This document shows, piece after piece, positions 25,343 through 37,089 of a stretch of 60,574 bases of DNA (position 1 is the first letter of the stretch; each line of letters starts with the position of its first letter). The notes under the pieces were generated by a model. The model did no database searches and had not been told where the DNA came from. It saw only the letters and a program-made list of their open reading frames with translations. Source of the stretch: Octopus bimaculoides (lineage: Eukaryota); assembly GCF_001194135.2 (NCBI RefSeq), contig NC_068984.1, positions 124,488,441 to 124,549,014 on the forward strand, written 5' to 3'. Position numbers and translations under genes: made by a program.

Positions 25343-25730
25343 TGTTGTTGTTGTTGGCACTCCGTCGCTTACGACGTCGAGGGTTCCAGTTGATCCGATC
25401 AACGGAACAGCCTGCTCGTGAAATTAACGTGCAATTGGCTGAGCATTCCACGGACACGTGTACCCTTAACTTAGTTCTCTGGAATATTCAGCGTGACAGT
25501 GTGACAAGGCTGGCCCTTTGAATTACAGGCACAACAGAAAAAGGAAGGAAGAGTGAGAGAAAGTTGTGGTGAAAGAGTACAGCAGGGTTCGCCACCATCC
25601 CCTGCCGGAGCCTTGTGGAGCTTTAGGTGTTTTCGCTCAATAAACACTCACAACGCCCGGTCTGGGAATCGAAACCGCGATCCTATGACCGCGAGTTCGC
25701 TGTCTAACCACTGGGCCATTGCGCCTCCAC
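25343..25730 (-). mobile_element. SINE family A, full length, inserted into a SINE B copy
   Basis: 12-bp TSD GGTAAGTCG(A/G)TT at 25331-25342 and 25731-25742; A and B boxes; (ACA)n tail. Confidence 0.94.
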
Positions 25731-25974
25731 GGTAAGTCGGTTATATCAACCCTAGTGCTCAAGTGGTGCTTGTCACAAATAGAATCTTGTAGATGCAGCC
25801 AGCTGGGTTTAGCTGACAATATATGTGTACATATATACATAACTACACCATGCATACATACATGATGGTTTTCTGCTCATTATGCTTGGAAAACCATTGC
25901 TGACAGGGCTTTGTATCTACCAAGAACCGCTGGTGTGCAGGTCGGTAGTTACGTACCTCCATCCTGTTAGACCT

Positions 25975-26115
25975 GTAGGCTTCACCACTTCGACTCCAAA
26001 AAGATGAATGAGAAAGTTGGCCTCGGGAGAATTTGGATTCAGAACGTAAAGACGGACGAAATGCCGCTAAGCATTATATCCGGCACGCTAGAGATTCTGC
26101 TAGCTCACCACCTTC
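25975..26115 (-). mobile_element. SINE family B, degenerate
   Basis: AAAAGATGAATGAGAAAGTTGGCCTCGGGAGAATTTGGATTCAGAACGTAAAGACGGACGAAATGCCGCTAAGC. Confidence 0.8.
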
Positions 26116-26635
26116 CAAAAATTTAAAATTATGTTTTGATATATAGTCTAACACTTCTAAACGTTTAACTGTCTTATCAAATTGCCAAATTACCTCATAG
26201 TTCATTCAGTTTGCAACAATTAGTCTCTCTTATAACTTTGCGATTCCTTTATACTTACACTGTATCGCTCTAAAAAAACATTATGCGATAACTGTTTTAT
26301 TGTGTAAACTGACTGAAACTGCGCTTGCGCGGTTTATTTGAAAACTTATAATGTACAACGATGAGACACGTGTTATTCGTCGCTTAATTGTATGTTAGTG
26401 TTATGGCGCGGTCACTGATGAGAAATTCGCCTAACAAATTTAAATAACAAGGTAAAAGTTTTTATTTTTCATTCCAATTGAAGATTACTCTTAAATGTGG
26501 TTTTGGTCGTTTTGACTACTTCTTCTAGCGTGTAAAATATATATATAATATATATATATATTTTCATAATGTAACCTCGTGGGCATCGGTACCATTTTCC
26601 TCTTTCTCCGTTCTTCCATTCTCCGAACTTTCCAT

Positions 26636-26672
26636 CTTTCCGACGAAGGGCTACGCCCGAAACGTCATACAC
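26636..26672 (+). ncRNA. Minimal type I hammerhead-ribozyme-like motif (U4C core variant) in a short PLE-type repeat
   Basis: CCGACGA-A-GGGC-TAC-GCCC-GAAAC-GT-C gives core, 4-bp stem II, GAAA, palindromic ACGT stem III and a GUC triplet. Stem I pairs poorly in this copy. Confidence 0.55.
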
Positions 26673-26763
26673 TCTCTCTTTCCTTTCCTGAGCGTCCAAT
26701 AATACTATCCATATCACGTCCTCACTTTGTTGTTTTTTTTGTTTTTTTGTTATTGTTTTTTTG

Positions 26764-26842
<79 letters not shown>

Positions 26843-27208
26843 CTTAACAATCACGTTTATTTGCCAAATAGCTTTTTAGTTCGCTCACTTTCCGGCAATT
26901 AGGTTACTCTGCCATAAGGCAGTAGGATGAAAGTTATGTTTCACTTATGAGGCGAGCATAAGTCTGAAACATGACTTGATTTATCATTCTTATTTGTCGA
27001 AGAGTTGAAAATAATTGACGCTGATTAATATGTTTCTCTTGGCCGTATGATTTTTCCTGGTTAACATTTAATATTGCCAGCAGGAGCGAATTTTACATTC
27101 TAGTTCGATGCTAATTGCGAGTAAGTCAATCTATTTCCTTTCTTTCTCTTTCTAACACCGCCTCGCCCCCTCTCTCTCGCTCTCTGTCTCTGTGTCTATC
27201 TGTCTCTG

Positions 27209-27254
<46 letters not shown>

Positions 27255-28067
27255 TTTGAAATAGAGGAATAGAGAGAGAGAGAGAGAGAGAGAGAGAGCT
27301 ATAAGATATATGAGCAGTGATGACGAGAGACAAGAGAGAGAAAGAAAGAGGTAATGAATGCGATATATGTGCAGAGAGGCAAGAGAAAGAAAGAGAGAGA
27401 AAGAGAGAGGGTGGAGAGAGCACTGAATAAGTGTTTATCATTAATTTTCTCCATTTCTCTTGTCTCCCTCCCTCTCTTCCTCCTTATCTCTACCCCTCTC
27501 TCTTTTTCCTTCTCATGCACACTCTATGTGAATGTGTGTGCATGTATAACTCACCAGTAATATGTATATACATACACATACATACATGCATGCATATATG
27601 TGTGTATATAAGCATATGCCTCCATGTACACAGAGACACGCACACACAAACGCAAACACACACGCACATACACACACTCACACAACACATACAATTATAT
27701 GCCTTCAACAATATTCACCTAAATAACGAGAAGTTAAGCCGTCAATCTCTTCGCTGATACCTGAGCACAAAATATTAATTACTTATAAGAATAAGTTCAT
27801 TTCCGCTGCTTCGTTATCTATATTTTGTGTCGGCAACGCAATAGTGTAGACGTCACTTTATTATCTCCCTTCCATTTCCTTCTCGCAGCTTGTTGGAAAT
27901 TGCTTTTTGAACGACCGTATTAATACCCGTGTAATCTTCGTTTGTGTCAGTGGTCAATTTTATCTGATCCCTACCTCACACACAGTCGTTTGTCACATGT
28001 AGGTACACGGGTAAACACACACACACACACACAATCTCATCACCCCACTATAATTGTATGCTTGTAC

Positions 28068-28146
<79 letters not shown>

Positions 28147-29035
28147 CACACTGACTTGGAAATGGATGCGTCACGTTCAATTAAATAATAAATAATATAT
28201 GATATATATATACATATATNNNNNNNNNNNNNNNNNNNNNNNNNNNNNNNNNNNNNNNNNNNNNNNNNNNNNNNNNNNNNNNNNNNNNNNNNNNNNNNNN
28301 NNNNNNNNNNNNNNNNNNNNNNNNNNNNNNNNNNNNNNNNNNNNNNNNNNNNNNNNNNNNNNNNNNNNNNNNNNNNNNNNNNNNNNNNNNNNNNNNNNNN
28401 NNNNNNNNNNNNNNNNNNNNNNNNNNNNNNNNNNNNNNNNNNNNNNNNNNNNNNNNNNNNNNNNNNNNNNNNNNNNNNNNNNNNNNNNNNNNNNNNNNNN
28501 NNNNNNNNNNNNNNNNNNNNNNNNNNNNNNNNNNNNNNNNNNNNNNNNNNNNNNNNNNNNNNNNNNTATATATATGCGCAGAAGTGGCTGTATGGTAAGA
28601 AGCTTGCTTCCCCGCGCATGCGTTGGTCAGTGTTGTTTTTTTTTTTTTTTTGCACTCCTAGGAGCAGTGGCTAAAACGCGAACCGATCAGGTTTATGTAT
28701 AAATTTTCTTTTCGTGTGTTTGTTTCCTTTTACACAATATTTAAACAACGGCTAAAAGTTTTCTGAAGCAGCAGTCCCAGTCATTTTATTTACAAGCCGC
28801 CACTGGTTTTAGGTTGAGTGCAGCTTGCGCAACACCACAATTACTCTCACTAGCAATACCAAAAAGCCCAGAGACAAGCAAAGGGCAAGGTATCTGGCTG
28901 AGCAGAGCGGCTGGTTTCATATACGAGTTAGCTTTCTCTTAGGCAGATACCGTGATAAAGACCAGGAATCCTTGAATCCCAGTGGGCTTACTGCACCCTT
29001 CGACACCAACTCAAATGTTTCTGAATTCCGAAGCG

Positions 29036-29362
29036 TACATACATGCATGCATACATACATACATACATACATGGTGGTTGTCTACTCCATAAACAGAGTT
29101 TGACCACCTCCTGCACCTACACCTTAGCCCTTTCATGGCGTCTGATGTGGCTTTTTAAACCAGACAGTGTTTTGAAAAAACACCCACACAGATTGCACCT
29201 CTGATTTGCACTACCAATACCTGCAAGTAAGTTCTGCTCATTGTGGATCCTAACATGTCTTTTAAGACCTCCATTGGATTTGCAAGCCCTCTGGCACACA
29301 CCACATTCAAACATACATACATACATACATACATACATACATACATACATACATACATACAT
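29036..29362 (-). mobile_element. 5'-truncated RTE-like LINE 3' end encoding two intact C2H2 zinc fingers
   Basis: FECGVCQRACKSNGGLKRHVRIH and QRCNLCGCFFKTLSGLKSHIRRH (both C-x2-C-x12-H-x3-H, no TGEKP linker), then a stop, a 3' stem-loop GGTGGT..ACTCT..GGAGT..ACCACC (29108-29073) and an (ATGT)n tail. RTE assignment is inference. Confidence 0.7.
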
Positions 29363-29816
29363 AACGGCAACGCAATTTCTAGCGATGCTATCACTTGATT
29401 GCTCAATAAAAGCAACACGAATGTTCAGTTAAGCAAGGGACCTACACGCTTTTGCGCAGAAGTAGTAACGATGGGCGACTCTTACAGCAGGTGTTAGGTA
29501 CTATCTACGATGACACATGCCTTCAATCCCTTGTGGTGTTTTTCACTGAGTTTTTGCCTGTTTTTTTTTCTTCGGCTACGGCCAGCCATAGTATGTATAA
29601 CACATAATAGAGACAATAAAAATCAGGCAATCCCATGGCGTTAACTTTTTAATGTTAGGTAAGGCCTTACAGAGGGCCTATCCTATTCTCTGAACAACGT
29701 ATGCTTTTGCCGAAAAAGATGTAGAGAATTAACCTCCAATATTAGATGCAAACGAAGTTGTAGTCTTTGCACTAAAAATTTCTTTCTTTTAGAGAGATGT
29801 GGTCTTAGTACTGGTA

Positions 29817-29834
29817 GCAGTGGTGGTTGTAATG

Positions 29835-29898
<64 letters not shown>

Positions 29899-29920
29899 CG
29901 GCAGTAGCAGCAGCAACAGC

Positions 29921-29961
<41 letters not shown>

Positions 29962-30013
29962 CAGCAGTAGTAGTAGTAGTGGTAGTAGTAGTAGTAATAG
30001 TAGTAGTAGTCGC

Positions 30014-30079
<66 letters not shown>

Positions 30080-30345
30080 TGTAGCAGTTGTAGTTGTAGT
30101 AGCAGTTGTAGTTGTAGTATTGGTGGTGGTGGTGGTGGTGATAGTGGTGGTGTTGATCGTGGTGATCGTGGTGTGATAGTGGTGGTGATGTTGGTGGTGG
30201 TGGTGGTGGTAGTCTAGGTTGTAGTAGAGGTGGTGGTAGTGGTAGTGGTAATGGTGATGGTGATGGTAGTGGTGGTGGTACTGGTGGTGGTGGTGATGGT
30301 ATTAGTGGTGGTGGTGGTGGTGGTGGACCTGCTACTGCTGATGCC
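29817..30345. repeat. Compound (GTA)n/(GCA)n/(GGT)n trinucleotide tract
   Basis: Direct reading; explains the poly-V/Y/P/T ORFs. Confidence 0.97.
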
Positions 30346-30780
30346 GATGATGCTGATGATGTCAGTGAATAGAGCAAGCAGTGACGGTAGCACCAGGGCT
30401 GACCTTGACTGGGTCTCAATAAGCTTTGTAGGGTCACTGATCACACCCTAAAAAATACACTTCACAGCCCCTGTATAAACACCAGGGTCCTACGAAACGG
30501 CGGTGGTGGTCTCCCCTACCACATCTCTACCTACTCCATACCCACGGGAAACAATTCCACTCTCATACGTTCTACAAACAATAATATACCCGAAAAACAC
30601 ACAAATAGGTATGAATGCATACATGTGTACATTCACCCCCCCACACACACACACTAGCTCTCTCTCTCTTTCTCTCTCTCTATTTTTCTCTCTCTCTCTT
30701 TCTCTCTGTGTCTTTCTCTCTCTCCCTCTCTTTCTCTCTCTCTCTCTTTCTTTCTCTCTCTCTCTTTCTCCCTCTCTCTT

Positions 30781-30839
<59 letters not shown>

Positions 30840-30872
30840 TCACACATATATACATTTATATACATATACATT

Positions 30873-30906
<34 letters not shown>

Positions 30907-31101
30907 CATATATACATATATACATATATATACATATATATATATGTGTGTGTATATCCATATATGTACATATATTTATACATACACATACACACACATA
31001 TATATACAAATACACACACACACACATATATATATATTTGCATATATATAGATACATTTATACATACACATACACCCATGTATATATGCAAATACATGTG
31101 C

Positions 31102-31132
<31 letters not shown>

Positions 31133-31339
31133 NNNNNNNNNNNNNNNNNNNNNNNNNNNNNNNNNNNNNNNNNNNNNNNNNNNNNNNNNNNNNNNNNNNN
31201 NNNNNNNNNNNNNNNNNNNNNNNNNNNNNNNNNNNNNNNNNNNNNNNNNNNNNNNNNNNNNNNNNNNNNNNNNNNNNNNNNNNNNNNNNNNNNNNNNNNN
31301 NNNNNNNNNNNNNNNNNNNNNNNNNNTATATATTCCATT

Positions 31340-31595
31340 ATGGTGGCGTGTGGCTTAGTGGTTAGGGTGCTGGACTCATGATCGTAAGATTTTGATTTCG
31401 ATTCTTGGACGGGGAGACGCGTTGTGTCCTTCAGCAAAACACTTCATTTCACATTCCTCCAGTCCACTCAGCTGACAAGAATGAGTTACCCTGCGACGGA
31501 CTGGTGTCCCGTCCAGGTGGGGAATGTGTACACCATGGAAACCGGGAAAACGGCCCTTATGATTCGGCTTGACTCGAAAAGGTAACCTTTACTTT
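31340..31595 (+). mobile_element. SINE family E, full length
   Basis: GTGGCTTAGTGGTTAGGGTGCTGGACTCATGATCGTAAGATT..TTTCGATTCTTGG head and core CAAAACACTTCATTTCACATTCCTCCAGTCCACTCAGC; homologous to 777-1039. Confidence 0.9.
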
Positions 31596-31959
31596 TATAT
31601 ATACCATCAAATACGGAAATTATAGTTGAGAGAATAATTATGCATTTTACACTGTAGCCTGTTAAAAGTTTACGGACATTCTACTACTACTTTCGTGAAC
31701 TCCAATTTACGAACCCCGGGCATAGAATTTACCTGCTTGTCTTGTATAAACATGTATTGTATGGTTTTGTATAGCATGATGTCAGATGGTGTTATAGTAC
31801 AGCGTAAGTCATGTGGTATGGTTATAGTATAATATAAGTGGTATAGGATGGTACGATGTGGTATATTGTGTTGAATGGTCGTGCAGTGCATCGTATGAGG
31901 CGGGGTAGTATGACTGGACATTACATGATGAGAAATGGTTGTTGTATAGAATAATCCTT

Positions 31960-32275
31960 TCTATTATAGGCACAAAGCCTGAAATTTGGGGGAGGGGGTT
32001 AGTCGATTACGTCGATCACAGTACTCAACGGGTACTTAATTTATCGACTCTGAAAAAGATGAAAGGTAAAGTCAACCTCAACGGAAACGGAAAGAAGCCC
32101 GCCTGACAACCGATGCTGGTGTGTTTACATCCCCCTAACTTAGCGGTTCGGCAAATGAAACCGATAGAATAAGTACTAGGCTTACAAAGAATAAGTCCTG
32201 GGGTCGATTTGTTCGACTAAAAGCGGTGCTCCAGCATGGCCGCACTCAAATGACTGAAACAAATAAAAGAATAAC
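31960..32275. mobile_element. SINE B (minus, 3' part) joined to SINE D (plus, 3' half lacking its internal microsatellite)
   Basis: ..GATGAAAGGTAAAGTCAACCTCAACGGAA|ACGGAAAGAAGCCCG|CCTGACAACCGATGCTGG..AATGACTGAAACAAATAAAAGAAT. Confidence 0.8.
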
Positions 32276-32285
32276 TCCTTTTCAA

Positions 32286-32317
<32 letters not shown>

Positions 32318-32750
32318 CTGACTGTGTGTCTGGCTATGTGTGTCTGTGTCACAAACTCTCACTGGTTGACAAACGGTGTCGTATCTTTTATGCCCTCCGT
32401 AGCTCGAAGGTGGGCAAAGAGATAGATAGAATAATAGGTGCAAGACTTAAAAGAAGAAAAAAATAGAAGTACTGTATTCGATTTGTTCGACTTCATCTCT
32501 TCAAGACGGTTCTGTAGCATGGCCGCAGTCCGATGAGTGCAGCTCGTAAAAGCTCGGAGATAATAACACAATCGTGTGTGATGGGATAAAATAGAATCAG
32601 GTGGTGACTTGATATGTTATATGACGTGTGTGACTATGGTGCGAGCGTATGTGTGTATTTGTATATGTATCTATGTATGTGTATGTATGTGTACCTGCAT
32701 TTGTGTTTGTGTGAGTACGTGTATGTATGTTTGTGCGTGCGTATGTGCGT

Positions 32751-32791
<41 letters not shown>

Positions 32792-33146
32792 GTCCCACAT
32801 GGTTCAGTCATCAATTTACACATACGTTTTAATAGCAGAAGCTAAAAAGAAAGGGCATTCGAGTGTGAGGTAACATATCACATCTCACTTAACCCCTTGT
32901 TGCTTCGATAGACTCAACACAAATACAGAAATCCCTTCTTAATTTTGCGCATGCGCACACCTCCGCACCGATAGCATTTGGCGTACACTAGTTTCCTTGT
33001 CCGCGTGAACTTTCGAACGGAAAACATTATTTCCAGAGACAGAGGTCACAAACGCGCGCAAACACAAAAATAAACACTTACACACACACACTCATATATG
33101 TATGTATGTATTTATGTATGTCTGTCTGTCTGTATGTATGTATGTA

Positions 33147-33374
33147 TTGGGTTGTCCGGAAAGTTCGTGCCGATTATTAAAGGAAAGAAAAAGGTCAATG
33201 AATACTTGCCATTATATTTTTAATCAACCAAATATGAACCATTTTGTTGCACAATGCGTCTCCATCTTTCCTTTAACTTGAAAATACTCTCTTCCCAGAA
33301 TTGAGGTGGTTTCATGGCAAATAAGTCGAAAGGTGACCTACGATAAATCGGCATGAACTTTCCGGACAACCCAA
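33147..33374 (-). mobile_element. Mariner-derived MITE (228 bp)
   Basis: ~29-bp TIRs TTGGGTTGTCCGGAAAGTTC(G/A)TGCCGATT with TA on both sides; retains FWEESIFKLKERWRRIVQQNGSY, a mariner transposase C-terminus. Confidence 0.93.
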
Positions 33375-34263
33375 TATNNNNNNNNNNNNNNNNNNNNNNN
33401 NNNNNNNNNNNNNNNNNNNNNNNNNNNNNNNNNNNNNNNNNNNNNNNNNNNNNNNNNNNNNNNNNNNNNNNNNNNNNNNNNNNNNNNNNNNNNNNNNNNN
33501 NNNNNNNNNNNNNNNNNNNNNNNNNNNNNNNNNNNNNNNNNNNNNNNNNNNNNNNNNNNNNNNNNNNNNNNNNNNNNNNNNNNNNNNNNNNNNNNNNNNN
33601 NNNNNNNNNNNNNNNNNNNNNNNNNNNNNNNNNNNNNNNNNNNNNNNNNNNNNNNNNNNNNNNNNNNNNNNNNNNNNNNNNNNNNNNNNNNNNNNNNNNN
33701 NNNNNNNNNNNNNNNNNNNNNNNNNNNNNNNNNNNNNNNNNNNNNNNNNNNNNNNNNNNNNNNNNNNNNNNNNNNNNNNNNNNNNNNNNNNNNNNNNNNN
33801 NNNNNNNNNNNNNNNNNNNNNNNNNNNNNNNNNNNNNNNNNNNNNNNNNNNNNNNNNNNNNNNNNNNNNNNNNNNNNNNNNNNNNNNNNNNNNNNNNNNN
33901 NNNNNNNNNNNNNNNNNNNNNNNNNNNNNNNNNNNNNNNNNNNNNNNNNNNNNNNNNNNNNNNNNNNNNNNNNNNNNNNNNNNNNNNNNNNNNNNNNNNN
34001 NNNNNNNNNNNNNNNNNNNNNNNNNNNNNNNNNNNNNNNNNNNNNNNNNNNNNNNNNNNNNNNNNNNNNNNNNNNNNNNNNNNNNNNNNNNNNNNNNNNN
34101 NNNNNNNNNNNNNNNNNNNNNNNNNNNNNNNNNNNNNNNNNNNNNNNNNNNNNNNNNNNNNNNNNNNNNNNNNNNNNNNNNNNNNNNNNNNNNNNNNNNN
34201 NNNNNNNNNNNNNNNNNNNNNNNNNNNNNNNNNNNNNNNNNNNNNNNNNNNNNNNNNNNNNNN

Positions 34264-34296
<33 letters not shown>

Positions 34297-34448
34297 GAAA
34301 ATCCTTGGAATAGTATTATATATTTCAAAAAGTGAATAGAAATGGTTTTTCTTGTATGATTTCCACTTTAATAATTAGATGCTTAGAAATCATTAGGTGT
34401 TTTCATTGATTTTTATGCATCCAATTATTAAAGTGGAAAAAGCCATTA

Positions 34449-34488
<40 letters not shown>

Positions 34489-35007
34489 ATATCTATCTAT
34501 CAATCTATCTATCTATCTATACAAATATATATAGAAAAAAATAATAAGGTACTCAGATATCTGGATGGTTGTACATTTACAGATTTCTATTAATATGTCA
34601 CATGTTTTTATAAATTAGTGCTTGCATTTATTCTTGTAGATTCTACAGATTTATTTTTTTTTTCAGAGGATTTGTCTCTTCTTATAGTATTATAATACGT
34701 TTTCTGTTTTTGTTTTTGTTTTCGTTTCTCATTGTGTTTAACGTTTTTTTTTTTATGTCCTGTAGCCATATATGCATGTATGTCTACATATAGATGTAGA
34801 CATGTACATATATGTATGGATATATGCATATATTTATGTATTATTTATATTATTATATAATCGAACGCCACGCATCCTTTTCTAAGTAAGTTTTATCGTA
34901 ATAATTATGATGCGCACTCTACTACTATCTCTTCCCTGTCTATCCCTCTCTTCATCCTTTCTGTTTTCTCTCCCACACTTTCCTTATTCTTCTCTCCTTT
35001 TCACCGT

Positions 35008-35114
<107 letters not shown>

Positions 35115-35862
35115 CTCCTTGACTCTCTCGTCGCTGACACGTGACGAAAGGGGATCTCTCTTTCTGTCCACTGCCTTCCTAAAGAAAAGACGTGGCTTTT
35201 TCTGTCTCTTCTCTCATGGCACGTCTACCTAGCGTTCATAATAATTTTTTCTATCGTCTTGGCTCAACAGCCCTCACCGTTCGTTTTTACTGTCTTGTTC
35301 TCATTGTGCTGCTTTTGTTACCACTTTCACCCTCCGCAAAAAAATCTCAAATTTTATTTAATTTGCTTTGCGGGAAGGACTGTTTCAAGCCGCGTGTGTA
35401 AGTTCGTTGGGTTTCCGTGACGGTCTCTTTCTGAGAGGACCGACTGTGAATTTTTCTTATCTGTGCATATGCATGAATTTCTGTGTGCATGTGTTTAGTT
35501 TCAGGAAAATCGTACAGACGTTAAGGAGTGATAGTCAAAGAAAGATTTATACATATGCAGAACATCGTACACACACACAAACACACACATACATACACAC
35601 ACACACACAAAAACACAAACAATTACAAAGACATATAGAAACACACCACAAACACATACACACACACGCTACACATAGAACATATACCACACATGCTCAA
35701 TCACGCACACACACACACACACACACATCTATGCACGTATACATACACACACACACACACAAACAAAACCGCAAACAATCACAAGCACATACAGAAACAC
35801 ACCACACACACACACACGCACGTAGAACATATACCAAGCTCGATCATGCACACACACACACA

Positions 35863-35907
<45 letters not shown>

Positions 35908-36901
35908 NNNNNNNNNNNNNNNNNNNNNNNNNNNNNNNNNNNNNNNNNNNNNNNNNNNNNNNNNNNNNNNNNNNNNNNNNNNNNNNNNNNNNNNNNNNNN
36001 NNNNNNNNNNNNNNNNNNNNNNNNNNNNNNNNNNNNNNNNNNNNNNNNNNNNNNNNNNNNNNNNNNNNNNNNNNNNNNNNNNNNNNNNNNNNNNNNNNNN
36101 NNNNNNNNNNNNNNNNNNNNNNNNNNNNNNNNNNNNNNNNNNNNNNNNNNNNNNNNNNNNNNNNNNNNNNNNNNNNNNNNNNNNNNNNNNNNNNNNNNNN
36201 NNNNNNNNNNNNNNNNNNNNNNNNNNNNNNNNNNNNNNNNNNNNNNNNNNNNNNNNNNNNNNNNNNNNNNNNNNNNNNNNNNNNNNNNNNNNNNNNNNNN
36301 NNNNNNNNNNNNNNNNNNNNNNNNNNNNNNNNNNNNNNNNNNNNNNNNNNNNNNNNNNNNNNNNNNNNNNNNNNNNNNNNNNNNNNNNNNNNNNNNNNNN
36401 NNNNNNNNNNNNNNNNNNNNNNNNNNNNNNNNNNNNNNNNNNNNNNNNNNNNNNNNNNNNNNNNNNNNNNNNNNNNNNNNNNNNNNNNNNNNNNNNNNNN
36501 NNNNNNNNNNNNNNNNNNNNNNNNNNNNNNNNNNNNNNNNNNNNNNNNNNNNNNNNNNNNNNNNNNNNNNNNNNNNNNNNNNNNNNNNNNNNNNNNNNNN
36601 NNNNNNNNNNNNNNNNNNNNNNNNNNNNNNNNNNNNNNNNNNNNNNNNNNNNNNNNNNNNNNNNNNNNNNNNNNNNNNNNNNNNNNNNNNNNNNNNNNNN
36701 NNNNNNNNNNNNNNNNNNNNNNNNNNNNNNNNNNNNNNNNNNNNNNNNNNNNNNNNNNNNNNNNNNNNNNNNNNNNNNNNNNNNNNNNNNNNNNNNNNNN
36801 NNNNNNNNNNNNNNNNNNNNNNNNNNNNNNNNNNNNNNNNNNNNNNNNNNNNNNNNNNNNNNNNNNNNNNNNNNNNNNNNNNNNNNNNNNNNNNNNNNNN
36901 N

Positions 36902-37015
36902 TCTTCTTCTTCTTCTTCTTCTTCTTCTTCTTCTTCTTCTTCTTCTTCTTCTTCTTTTTCTCTTCTTCTTCTTCTTCTTCTTCTTCTTCTTCTTCTTCTT
37001 CTTCTTCTTCTTCTT
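36902..37015. repeat. (TTC)n microsatellite
   Basis: Direct reading. Confidence 0.98.
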
Positions 37016-37089
37016 GTAAGGCCTCGTGTCCTTCGTAGTCAGGGTATTTCTGCATGTATAGGGTTTCTTGGTTGGAGTCCCTCGTGTCT

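Noticed and set aside
27889-28002. Strong polypyrimidine/CAG acceptor and AG|GTAC donor (114-nt exon)
   Set aside because: All three frames contain a stop and there is no recognisable peptide; at best a non-coding exon.
29683-30451. Poly-V, poly-Y, poly-P and poly-T ORFs suggesting a structural protein
   Set aside because: Translations of a compound trinucleotide tract in several frames on both strands.
31340-31415. tRNA-like sequences here and at 9461, 25660-25730 and 4560-4631
   Set aside because: They have A and B boxes but no complete cloverleaf and continue into SINE bodies; not tRNA genes. I cannot map them reliably to published octopus SINE names.
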